Source: Cyanidioschyzon merolae (taxonomy: Eukaryota). From it: a DNA stretch of 64,000 nt. Of this stretch, positions 1 to 10,552 are shown in pieces. The number at the start of each line of letters is the position of its first letter. Position 1 is the first letter of the stretch. Below the pieces are notes generated by a model that ran no database searches, had not been told where the DNA came from, and saw only the letters and a program-made list of their open reading frames with translations. Position numbers and translations under genes: made by a program. The stretch lies in the NCBI GenBank assembly GCA_000091205.1, contig AP006491.2; one strand, given 5' to 3'.

Positions 1-170
1 TAAGAAGGTCTCGGATGGATGTTTTTCATGGAGAAAACGTTTCCTAAGGCCAGCGTTCTCCGATTATGCGCATTTTTCTTTTCTTTTTGGGTTTGTTTTC
101 AGTGCGCGGTGAGGTATCCACCGAATGCTCTACCTCCAAGTAACATTATCTAAGAAGGTCTCGGATGGAT
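1..170 (-). repeat. Partial copy of the SINE-like dispersed repeat family (A-rich-tail end at left). Bases 1-20 are repeated perfectly at 151-170.
   Basis: Bases 21-170 are homologous to the tail-proximal parts of 49335-49500 and 16020-16170 (revcomp). Shared segments include ttttcatgga..acgtt, gtgcgcggtgaggtatcca and ctacctccaagt.acatta. The 20-mer taagaaggtctcggatggat occurs twice. Confidence 0.55.
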
Positions 171-1094
171 GATGGATTCTGCATTGCGCGATGGATACCG
201 GTAAACAAGTTCCATGACCTATGCTTCCACACGGATGTCCTGATCGTATTACATGGAACGGGTCCAGGTTCGTGACTCGGACGTACTCGCGGAGGTGTGG
301 CTCTGTTTCGACGTTCATCGGCACGAGTCTCTCTGTGGGATTTTTATGTGTGAATGCCTCCTCTTCGGTTCGATCATCTGCAGCCTGAAGTATTCCGGTC
401 GATCCATTTCGTCTGGTGCTATTATCAGACGCCAAATGATCGTGATGGCAGCGTTCAAGTCCCGTTGTCTCTGTTCTTTGTTGTTGTGCACGCATTACCT
501 GGACGGGCGGTGGTCGCGATCTGCGCTTTCCGTGCCATGTTCATCTTCTTTGTCTGAAACTTCGGTGTGCCTTTCGACGCGGTGATGCTTTGCAATACCA
601 GGGTTTTCCCGTAAACGCACCAAAACATTCTTCTTCGAGGAATGAAATATGGAGCGTGAACGCTTCTTTTAGCGATCGGTGCACGCTCTTGACGAGTGCA
701 CACGGCTAACCTGAGTAGGTCCCTCGGGTTCCGCGCCCGGTGCTGTGCCCCGAGATCCAGGAACTCCTCAGGGGAATGCCCTCGGCGAGTACGCTACCTG
801 CTGCATACGCAAGCGAACGCTGTTTGATTCAATAAGGTATTTGTAAAATGCAAGTTTGTCAACGATGAAACATGCAGCAGATGGAAACTCCATACTGGAG
901 AACAAGCCGAGAAATAAACCTCGATAAGTGTATGCTCCACTCGTGCGAAGCAGAGACGCATGCTCCATCAGAGGCGATCGCTGGGATGACGAAGATCCGA
1001 CTCCAAAACCTCGCTCGATGTAAACGTAAGAGAGGGAATGCCCTGGCAGATGTCATGCTGCTGTTGAATTCCGGGTCCTCGATGGCCACAACGA

Positions 1095-1190
1095 GTGGAC
1101 GATTTGTCTTTCAAAGATAATTCACTTTGTGACGGAACAAGTTCAGTGAGCTTTTGGTAAGAACTTGTGAACAAGTCGTGAAGGCATGAC
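1095..1190. repeat. Short dispersed repeat, family 2 (~90 bp), also at 29485-29590
   Basis: Shared core gtctttc.aa..a..ttat..gaca.ga..agctcagtg.gcttttggta.gaacttgtgaacaagtcgt.aa.g, seen directly. The ORFs 968..1525(-) and 29314..29592(-) share the peptide DLFTSSYQK.TEL as an artefact of this repeat. Confidence 0.6.
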
Positions 1191-2680
1191 TTCAAGTTGC
1201 ATACGTCGTCCATCCGGCGCCGGCGATGACTTTTCGACGGCATGCTTTGAAACAGAGGGTTCGAAAATTTTGAAGAATCCGTGATCTGAGCATGCCATAC
1301 GTAAGGCAAGGACAAGGCCGAGGGGTCGTACCCATGCATGGGATTATGATATCGATTCCCTGATGAACCCGTGCTCGTGTTCGTCGTGAACCATCTTGAT
1401 CCCGGTGACCTAAAGAATTCCAACGGCGTCGAAGAAGCCTCTCCAAAACGAATGCCGAAAATCCTGAAACGACGTATCAATTCATTAGCCCTTATTGCTG
1501 GACTTCGAGGTTCGATGCGCAACATCTATACAAGCTCGGAAAGTGATCGAAATGCTCGAACAGAGCGAGCTTCTCATTGTTCCATTTTCATTTGATACAA
1601 GTGTCAGCAGCAATGTTCTCATCCGAGGCGATCAGTGCATCGGGGATGTCCACCGCGGCGCTTGGCGATCCGCTGGGATTTATCCGTACATCGGGCGAGC
1701 AATCTTTTACCCAGAGACTTAGGATCCAAGGTTACAGACACATCTGGGATGCGCCCGGTAGCATCGTCTACTCACGTATGCCCAATCGTACATGTAATTC
1801 GATTTTCATACAGCGACGTTGTCACCCAAGGCGCTATGTACATCTCAAATGTCCTTGCTGGGTTTTCAAGTCTCGGTGCACTCCGCTGATGACACTGCTC
1901 AACGCGTTCAGTTCAGGCTCTACCAGAGACCAACACGACAATCGCAAGATCAGGTCAGACGCAAGCAATACCAAATGGATACCGTCGAGCTGGCACGCGC
2001 CGTCGCGTGTTCCCGTCGGCTCCAGCACATGCTGCAACAGTAAGTCGCATCGTACAGGGGCGCCATTCGGGCTGCGTTTCGATCGTCTGAGCTATCATTA
2101 CATGACCAGTGCGAGAAACACGAGATTCGCACGATGGCTATGCGTGCTGGTTCCAGCCAGCTCTCAGCGTGGCTGTCGATCTATGTACACGGAACCGGAA
2201 ATGCACATGCGCTCCTTGCGTTGAATACCGAAGCGGTGAGTGAATCCTGCAGTTCACGCTGATACCTCGGTTCTCAATTCCTGATCCATGCGAGCACTCC
2301 AAGACACTATGCACAGCTCCGAGCTTCGCTCATGCCGCGAACCAAGCCCAGTATAACCATCTGCATCCCGAGTCATACGCGGATTCGAAAAAACGAACGA
2401 CGACCTAAGCCGTACCCCCGCATCAGCCTGAACCAGATTCCGAATACAAAGCTTACCATTGTAGAAGGCTGATGCCCTGCACTGAGCGAAACCCAGTAAA
2501 CCCTGACTCAGCATACTCGCGTACACCAGCGAAGGCCTTATGGCGCATGTCCGTGACAAGAGTCGTGTGGCAATGCGCATCCATGCGAACATGCCGTGTG
2601 GAGCTGCGCTGTACCCGCAAGGCTCGATACCGCCGCCATAACCCGGCAGCTACGAAACGTCAGCTCGCCTCGTGTACAAT

Positions 2681-3574
2681 CTACAAATGATTTGTTCCCG
2701 TCCCATGGCAGCGCTTACAGGTCAGCATACCCTTGTGTTGGCAGACGGGGCACGGTCGACACACGGTCGACGGATTTCCAAGACGCTCGCGTGCCTCTGC
2801 GTCACCCGCTTGCGCCCGCTCAACGAGCTGATTCATCTCCTCATAGCTGGGAAACGCGGAAACGTATCGGCAGCCAGCACCGCGACACCACGGGCACTGC
2901 CGCGCGCCCGCGCCGTCGCACCAGATACAGCGATCCATGTAGCTACTGAGCGGCGAGCCGAACCCGTCACTCGGATTCCGCTTTCGCCGGTAATACACAA
3001 CCGAGACTCCCCGCGATGCCGCACTGTCCGCAGCACCCGAGCCGGAACGTCTGCACGTGCAATCGTCAACGTCCTGAGCACAGGAACCGGTCCGTGCCTG
3101 CAGGGTGCTGCCTTCACAAGCACAGTCCGTCACTCCAGCAGCTGAAGCGTCCACAAGCGGTGCACGGTTGCCGGACGGCTGCGGACTCGACTGACTCTCT
3201 GGCGTAGCGGCTCCTGTTTCTGTACCTGTGCTTCTGTTTGGGTTCACCGTACGCGTGCCCGTAAGTACGCTCTGCCGCAGCTCGGACGCGAAGCGTGCCT
3301 GGAAACTAACTTCCGGGTGATACACGCCCGGACGCTCAGCCCACGCCGACAACTCCATCGCCACCGAGACCGCGTCGCGCTCATACGCTCGCTCCAGGCT
3401 GCGCCGCGTCGTCGCCCCGCCCTCGCCCAGCGCTCGTAGCTGCTGCCACCGACTCGAGTATCGACTCCGTTTCTCTACTGTCTGACCATAAATGCGCCAA
3501 CTATGTCTACTCGAAAGAAGTCTATCACCTTTCGTTCCGAGAACAAACATTGTCGTTCCCTCGGAGCTGTGCAC
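2681..3574 (-). CDS. DnaJ-like zinc-finger protein (BSD2/PSA2/LQY1 type). Four CxxCxGxG repeats at the C-terminus and a low-complexity N-terminal region. Start uncertain.
   Basis: C-terminal peptide carries CIWCDGAG, CPWCRGAG, CPVCQHKG and CKRCHGTG, i.e. four CxxCxGxG units in two pairs. The ORF is 297 aa. Confidence 0.5.
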   Translation of the reverse strand: MHSSEGTTMFVLGTKGDRLLSSRHSWRIYGQTVEKRSRYSSRWQQLRALGEGGATTRRSLERAYERDAVSVAMELSAWAERPGVYHPEVSFQARFASELRQSVLTGTRTVNPNRSTGTETGAATPESQSSPQPSGNRAPLVDASAAGVTDCACEGSTLQARTGSCAQDVDDCTCRRSGSGAADSAASRGVSVVYYRRKRNPSDGFGSPLSSYMDRCIWCDGAGARQCPWCRGAGCRYVSAFPSYEEMNQLVERAQAGDAEARERLGNPSTVCRPCPVCQHKGMLTCKRCHGTGTNHL

Positions 3575-3789
3575 AAAACACCGAACACTTTTGAAATGCT
3601 AGCAACTTTAGAAGCAACTGCAGAGGCGTTCACCACAATGTCAACGGAAGCCGCTACCCGCGAACGGTGATGGCGCTCTTGCCGGCAAAGCGCCTCCGTC
3701 AAAACGCCGCCATCACCGCTGACGCGCGTCGCCATCTCCATCGACACGCCATCGATCGCCAAGATCTTACACCACGCAGCGGCCTGCGT

Positions 3790-4007
3790 TACCCCGAGCT
3801 GGGCGCTTGGTATCAGTGCACGGTGTAGCATCCATCGACCGACGCCCAAGCCCCATAACCGATACTTCTGCTCGGATATACTGGTTGCTTTGTAGGTTCT
3901 ATCGTGCGCCAAGTGTGTGTCGTGAGCGTCCGCGGCAGCGCCCATAGCGCCGGTGCGGTCGCTGCACGGAGACAGAACATCGTTTCCGTACCACTGAGGG
4001 CGTCGGA
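3790..4007 (-). repeat. SINE-like dispersed repeat copy, head-proximal two thirds, no A-tail
   Basis: Segment-by-segment homology to 49430-49640: gtgcacggtg.agcatccatc ... ctcggatatactggttgctttgtaggttctatcgtgcgcc ... ccactgagggcgtcgga. Confidence 0.6.
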
Positions 4008-4309
4008 TCAAGGAATGCTACGCCTGACACGGACTCGGGGCTGGTTATCATTCTGGGAGCCTGCAAGCTACACATACAGAAATACTGCCTGGGGAAGCGC
4101 GAAAAATGATATGCTTGGAGTCCACTAGGAACAACGCGACGCCCAAACGCACACGAAACACCTCCAGTCCCAGAATGAAATGCCTTGCGTACGAGTTGCT
4201 CAGATCTCGCTGAAGCGTCCGTCGCTGGGCAAATCATGAAGCACAATCCTGGTAACTCGTCCGGCTCGCAGGAGCTTCCGCCTAGGAGATAAACTTTCGG
4301 CAATGCGGA

Positions 4310-6900
4310 AAGCTTTTCGACTTTTAAAGATAACCGTGGTGGCGGAAAGAAATCCTTTTCTCGTTATTACTAGGTGTCTAGTTTCTGTTCTTTTTTTCTA
4401 AAGTGCGCTCGATACGCGCACCTCTATATCTGGCAGGCATCAGACACGACGCGCATGCCGCCGTTGAAGGAAAACGCTATTCTGATCCTTCGCGTGTTGT
4501 TCTAAACTACAAGATGCATTTGCGTTAGAGCCCCAGCAAAGTATAGATTTTAGTTCTAGTGTGTTTCAACCCTAAGATTAACGTATGCAAGAGTTTTTCG
4601 CGGTTTATAACGGAAGCGTTCAAAATGCGTTCATTTTCAAAAATCAACATATACAGGAATTTTATGGGGATGCAGGTCGAGGACCCTGGGAGCACCGCTG
4701 TCGCCGACTGCCGGAAGAAAACCAAAACCAATGCCGAACCCAGAGGAACAAGACGACACCAAGGAGCAAAAGCGTGAGGCTCGGCGTCAGAAGCTGCGAG
4801 AAAGTCGACACTACCACGAGATAATTGTGAACGCATGTCTACTTGGACATACCAAGAATCCGTACAAGGAAAGGTTGCGGGACGCCATCAGAAACCGTAA
4901 CGAGTCGTACTCCAGGGGCATTATAAAGGCTTCGTCAGGGCTGATGCATTCGGTGGAGACGTATCGCGACGTGACGCACATCAAAACAGTCGAGGTTCCG
5001 GAGGAGGTTTTCGACAGGACCTTCATTAGGCACCTAATGCTTGGCAGAGAAGGAACCTCGATGAGAAATGAGCGAGTGCATGCCCTCCATGAAAACTGCG
5101 GCGAACAGCGCTTCAACGGTACTCGGTACGGCGAGAACTGGAAGATTTGCTGGTACGGGACGATGGAGTACCTCAGGAACCTGAAGAACCATTTGAACGT
5201 GAACCTCGGACGTTTCATGATACGCTCTATTTTTTTCGCTGTATCCGGGTCTCTCTCGCAAAGGGATATGGATCATCATCGATGGCATCTTTAACGATCG
5301 TAAGAATGAAGAGGAGATCGACTTTGGCGACTAGTAGACATCACGCTGGAGAAGGAATGCGGCTTCTGTAATCCGTACGGCTATTCAAGAGCACCGTGCG
5401 GTCTTGGCGCTGGCGAATCCAGTAGAAAAGATATCAGAGTTGAAAAAAGATGAAATGTACGTTATGCCCTCATCCTCCGCAATTTCGTGTTTTTGGACCG
5501 AGAACTCGAACGCAAAGCGGAGCTGAAGCTGAGTGAGTGGACAAATGACGAATCGGAGACACGGAAGGGTGCCCTAATGGGGAAGCGCTTCAACGTCGTT
5601 CCGTTGTGCAACATCAAGTCGCACTTTGTGAGTATCGACTCTGGCGTCCTTTACTGCATCAAGAAGGAGATCTGTCCGGAGTTCGATGTAAGGAAGATAG
5701 AGTTCACCGGCGAGAACCGGGAGACGTGCTGGAAGATCATCTTCGATTTCAAAAGTGTCAGATTGCGCAAGAAAACGGTATGCACTGGGATTATCGAAAG
5801 CGAATGGGTATGCATATGTGTTCACAACAGGCGCTTGAAGGTAAATCATCTTGTTCCGTCTTCGTTGGCGCCCTCGGCGAAGCGTGAAGAAAACAACGAG
5901 ACGCGCTCTGGAACACATGATCCGCAGGAGAGCGACTCTGTCGCTGGCGCGGACCCTGGGAATACGAACATCGTGACCATCGCTGCACCTTTTGTTGGGT
6001 AGATGGCAATGACCGCAACCTACGTCAGAAAGACATGCGTGTTCTAAAGTTCTCAGGAGCGAGGTACTATCGAGAATCGGGAATAATGAATGCGAGGAAG
6101 AAAACAGAGAAATGGAACGCAGAAGTGCAAGAGCACCTGGTAGCGATCAGCCAGGTGACGAAGCGCGGAGCGAACTTTCGAGCTTTTCTGGAGTTCATGA
6201 AAATTCTTGCTGCTGATGACGAGGCGCATTGGAAAGCGTATCCAAAAGCCCAGGTAAGCCCGTCAGCGTTTGAATCTGTACAGAGGGAAGCAGCGTACAT
6301 TCGTCACCTTTTCAATGAGTTGAGCGCCCTCAAAGAGCATGAAAGTCAAAGGCTCGTGGTGGCAAACTGAGCAGGGCGTCGGGTGCCCTGCCCAAAGGGT
6401 GTACACCAGCCCCGTCGACATGAGCGTACAACGAATGCGCACAGCGTTTTCACACCATACCGATGGATGAGTTCCGAGCATCCTATACACACCATGCATT
6501 GGGTTGTACGCTTCAGAGGGTCGATATGGAAAAGTGTCAGCGGAGCCCTGAGGGTGTAAAAAAGTCCGGAGCGCTGACGGTACAGCGAATGGAACCGAGG
6601 GCGCAAGTTCGAGGACTGCTTGCATTCGTAAGTACAAGCAATGATGGCAAGAAACGTATGCAGTTTGTGAACCAAGACTTTCATGCCGCTATCAATACCA
6701 GACGAGGAGTTTTCATGAACATGAGACCCGCAGCGCAGACAGAATCCAACTTTGTGGGGCCACCTCCCAAAGCTGCGTTCTACAAGGAGAAGCTGAAACC
6801 GACAGCGGACGGCGGGTCCATGAAAAACGCTACGAGCCGTCTGTTTGTGGGCGCACCAGTACACCGCACATAGGCGCGAGACATTTTTTGCTCTGCAGGT
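4310..6900 (+). mobile_element. Fanzor/TnpB-like RNA-guided nuclease element, copy 1. Decayed: the reading frame is split over 4 ORFs (4731-5294, 5487-6002, 6035-6370, 6463-6873) by a stop and frameshifts. Preceded by an AT-rich 5' block.
   Basis: K/R-rich N-terminus. RuvC-I-like [15 protein letters not shown] resembles GIDLGxxNxAT. The C-terminus has HHALGC..EKC followed by QDFHAAINT, the D.NAA.NI RuvC-III hallmark. Homologous to copies at 60100-62133 and 57125-57720. The frame breaks differ between copies, so they are lesions and not introns. Confidence 0.75.
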
Positions 6901-7111
6901 CACATATATTGGCGCTCATCAAACGTCGAGGCTGGATATCTACATCAAATTCGCAAAAAATACTCAAGACAGGAACAGAGCGAGCAGATGCATGTTCCAG
7001 TTTAGACAAAAGCGAAAGTAGGGTGCTGCGCGCTCGACCACTCGTCTACCGGTATACGAGTCCGAGGAACGAGCCTGCACCGGGGAAAGCTCGTGCCAAA
7101 ACAACGCACCC

Positions 7112-10100
7112 TTACCGACGAAAACGATAGCGTACAAATGGTACCTCAACTTCCTCACCAGTGGAGGCATCTTCTGCCATGACTTCGAAAACCAGGAAGC
7201 GGTCCTTGTCGGTCAGTTGTATTTTTCCAACGGCTTGCGCAAGCTCAGTAAGCGGCGTCGCGCGGCGTTCCGCGGCCTTTTTCGGTGCTAACCAGCCTGA
7301 AAAGAGGATCGCAACGCCACACGACATCATGCTGATATGGAGACCAAGCTCGCGCTCAAAATGCTCCATGAACTCGGCCAACGTCAGATCGTGTCCATTT
7401 CCATCTACCTCGATACGATCCCACAGCGAGAACGTACGGTTACCGCTGGGTGACATGGGCTGCAACGGGGCCTGGATTGGTTCGCTAAAGTTGAAAAGTG
7501 AAAGTGCCAGGTTCACGTAGCTGTTGCGGAAGCGCTCGAGCACCTTGACGCGATCGACGAGCGGGACGCTCGTTCCGTTCGTCACAGCGGAGCTCGTGCT
7601 GATCGCGGAGAAACTCGAAGCTGAAAGCGCCCGTGGATTCGTCCTCAAGATCGGACGGATCTGAGCGAGCTTGTAGATCTCGAGACACACGAGCCCTGCC
7701 ACCAGCGCGGTACTCGTGGCAATCGCGGGTATGATTCGCCCCGCGATGCCTCGTGACTTGTGCTTGTCCGCCAGCGGTATCCCATAATTCAAAGCGCGCA
7801 AATTGCTCGCAGCGGTGACGAAATCCATGTCCCAGCGATCCTCGTCGTCTTTCTCGAACTCCAACGGATAGAGGGACAAGCTGGCAAATGATTCGGGTGG
7901 CGGCAAGCGCGCCAACAGCTGCTCAATGCGTTGTTGGTCGACATTGGCGGTCACAGCGGCGCCGCTTGCTTGCGCCTCCTCCTCAGAAGCGGCAATCTTG
8001 ACACCAGAACTCGGTTGGAAAGCAGGTACCGAAACATTCGCAACGATCGCTCGTACCTGCTCGCGATCTGTGCAGAGAGGTATTCCGAACGTCTCTGCGC
8101 GCAGGTTTGCCGCCGCTACAATGAACTCAAGGTGCAACGGATCTGCAGGATCGAAACGAAGCGGCGTCGGCGCCCGTTTCGTCCCGCTCCAAAATGGCTG
8201 TCCCGAGCTGTCAACCATATCTGGCGGAAACGCGTGAAGTAGCTGGCGAATATTGTTGACGTAGAGTTCTTCGAACTTGTTGCGCGCCCAAACCACGCAG
8301 TCCTTGAAGTTTTGCGGGCGATACGTCTGCAGGTTCTCAAGTACGTTCTCCAAAGCTCCAGAAAATATGCCGGGTCCCTGTTTCTCTAGCTCTGCGATGT
8401 ACTCAGAGCCTCGCTCCAGGTACTGCTTGGTATCCTCGATGGAGGCCTTGAAGAGGCCCTCAAACAAATCGCGAGCCCATTGAAGCGTATGTTCGATTCT
8501 GTAGGGGAAATTTTTCAGCGTACACATGGGAATGCTTCGCTCCGGCGGGTCGCGCGACGATCCGTATGACTCGGTGAGATAGGGAACCACCACTTGGGTG
8601 CTGCCTTTGGTGCCTAGCGTGCCGGAATCCAGCAGAGGTTTCAGATAGTAAACGCAGCGCTGATCGATATATAAACGAGCGTCAACATTATCCAAGGCCG
8701 TGCAAACCCCATCGAGCGGCTCCCAGAAATCATCGCTGAAGACATGCTCGGTGTCCGGTCCAACGCGCATCTCGAGCGCTCGAACGTTGAGCTCCGGATT
8801 CAGCCGCAGAGCGGCATCGCGTGCCGCCAGGGACTTGCTGCGGCCAATGTCGGTTGCTCGGAAGAGAAACTGCCGATTCAGATTGCTCCGTTCTATCGTG
8901 TCCATATCGGTAATTGCAATCGATCCACCATGACTCGCGAGTCCCAGTCCCATGCACGCCCAACATTTGAGGAGCTCTGCAGCAATCGCTCCGGCCCCAA
9001 CACAAAAGTAGGCCAGATCGTGAATCGTATCCTGCAACGCACGGCCAAAGACTGCAATCTGTCCGTCATAGCGTGTCCCCCGGGGAGCGCACTCCAGCTC
9101 GTTTGGCAACGGCGTCGGTAACGCCTCCATGGCGTTGAACGAAAAGATCTGGTGAATGGGGGTAAACTTGCCGGTGACTGCCTTGAGAACCTCCTGTGCG
9201 GCGATCCCACCAAGAATCGATGCCATCGGAGCGAGCTCCCCGTATACGGTTCTGACAAACGCGTTAAGCAATGCATCGTGCTTTTCTTGAATATCGGCGG
9301 GTAGCATGCGCTTGAACGCCGCAACTTCAGCCTCAGTACCAGGCGCAGGCAACCGTCCGAATTTTGATAGAGCCTGAAACATGGCATGCAATGCAAAGGT
9401 TCGCTCCTCATTCATAAAGTCCAGCGATGCAAACCAATTCGGGTCCACCACGTCTGAGAGCGTGGCGCTCTCTGGATCCCATGTCGACGCTGCCATTCTA
9501 TACAGCAGCTCAACCGGGTGAAAGTGCACCGTGCGGGGTACTTTCACTTCAGTGACGATGCCACCCCGTCGGTAGACGCCGGCCTCACGGGTGTCAGCGT
9601 CAATCACAAAAGTATACGGACTCGTGATCTGAACGACACGAAACATCCGGTTGGGTTCATTGAACATGGGCATTCCGTCCACCTCGGTGAACATGACATA
9701 CATTCCTTCCTCCAGGTCATGCCGCTGATCATCGAGGCAGGTGACGCACGCCTTTTCCTCATTCGAAATATGGCTGATATGCGCGGATCGTGGCTCCTCT
9801 CCGTTGTCATCGATAACTGTATGGGCGTCGCCAAAATCGTTGAGGACGTAGCCGAATACTCCTCGTGACTGAACGATCGTCAGTGGCACCCTAACCGATC
9901 GGCAGACGCGATCGAGCTCGATGTGCCTATCGATGGAGAGCTCGTTCACTAGCACAACTGCTGCAAACCCACGAATACGATCTGGATCAATGAGTTCCGC
10001 CCAGGACGCCGCGTCCTCCGTGTACACGTGACAGTACGGGTTCAGCTCCACTAGGTGCGGTACCACGACCGTATGAAGTGGTGTCCCCAGCAGTGACGCA

Positions 10101-10552
10101 TCGCAAGCGTAAAAATTGGCGGCCATATGCTGCAAAGCTAGTGGTGCTGGATCATAGACGTGGAGCGCATGGAAGCCAGCCAGCGCCAGGTCTTTCGCGA
10201 TCTCCGTTCCCGTCCCTGTGAGTCCAATCACCAGCACTGAAGCTCCTGCGAGGCGACGTTGCGCCTCGTGACCCAGCACGTACAGTTGACGCGAGTACAG
10301 GGACTCGTCTATGGCCCCGCTCTCTGCTTGCGTGCGCGACACGCGTTCCGGTGGGACAGAGTCCCCCAGCCGCAACATGCTTGTCCGGCGGTTTTTCCAA
10401 CTACCCGAAGGCGACTCACCGTCAGGGCCCCGTAACAGACGTTTGCTTCCGGTTCCCGTCTTGACGCTTTTCGCTTTTTCGCACAAACCTGCGCACAAAT
10501 ACAGCTGAAGACGACGCCTGCCGCTGATCGCTTTGTCGACTTTGTTCACCAC
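7112..10552 (-). CDS. UBA1: Ubiquitin-activating enzyme E1 (UBA1-like), single exon. The true start may be the internal Met at ~10378 (MLRLGDSV..).
   Basis: 1146-aa ORF. IDESLYSRQLYVLGHEA and VLVIGLTGTGTEIAKDLALAG form the ThiF/MoeB adenylation fold. A second adenylation domain and the catalytic Cys context PMCTLKNFP are present. The UFD-like C-terminus is present. Confidence 0.95.
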   Translation of the reverse strand: MVNKVDKAISGRRRLQLYLCAGLCEKAKSVKTGTGSKRLLRGPDGESPSGSWKNRRTSMLRLGDSVPPERVSRTQAESGAIDESLYSRQLYVLGHEAQRRLAGASVLVIGLTGTGTEIAKDLALAGFHALHVYDPAPLALQHMAANFYACDASLLGTPLHTVVVPHLVELNPYCHVYTEDAASWAELIDPDRIRGFAAVVLVNELSIDRHIELDRVCRSVRVPLTIVQSRGVFGYVLNDFGDAHTVIDDNGEEPRSAHISHISNEEKACVTCLDDQRHDLEEGMYVMFTEVDGMPMFNEPNRMFRVVQITSPYTFVIDADTREAGVYRRGGIVTEVKVPRTVHFHPVELLYRMAASTWDPESATLSDVVDPNWFASLDFMNEERTFALHAMFQALSKFGRLPAPGTEAEVAAFKRMLPADIQEKHDALLNAFVRTVYGELAPMASILGGIAAQEVLKAVTGKFTPIHQIFSFNAMEALPTPLPNELECAPRGTRYDGQIAVFGRALQDTIHDLAYFCVGAGAIAAELLKCWACMGLGLASHGGSIAITDMDTIERSNLNRQFLFRATDIGRSKSLAARDAALRLNPELNVRALEMRVGPDTEHVFSDDFWEPLDGVCTALDNVDARLYIDQRCVYYLKPLLDSGTLGTKGSTQVVVPYLTESYGSSRDPPERSIPMCTLKNFPYRIEHTLQWARDLFEGLFKASIEDTKQYLERGSEYIAELEKQGPGIFSGALENVLENLQTYRPQNFKDCVVWARNKFEELYVNNIRQLLHAFPPDMVDSSGQPFWSGTKRAPTPLRFDPADPLHLEFIVAAANLRAETFGIPLCTDREQVRAIVANVSVPAFQPSSGVKIAASEEEAQASGAAVTANVDQQRIEQLLARLPPPESFASLSLYPLEFEKDDEDRWDMDFVTAASNLRALNYGIPLADKHKSRGIAGRIIPAIATSTALVAGLVCLEIYKLAQIRPILRTNPRALSASSFSAISTSSAVTNGTSVPLVDRVKVLERFRNSYVNLALSLFNFSEPIQAPLQPMSPSGNRTFSLWDRIEVDGNGHDLTLAEFMEHFERELGLHISMMSCGVAILFSGWLAPKKAAERRATPLTELAQAVGKIQLTDKDRFLVFEVMAEDASTGEEVEVPFVRYRFRR

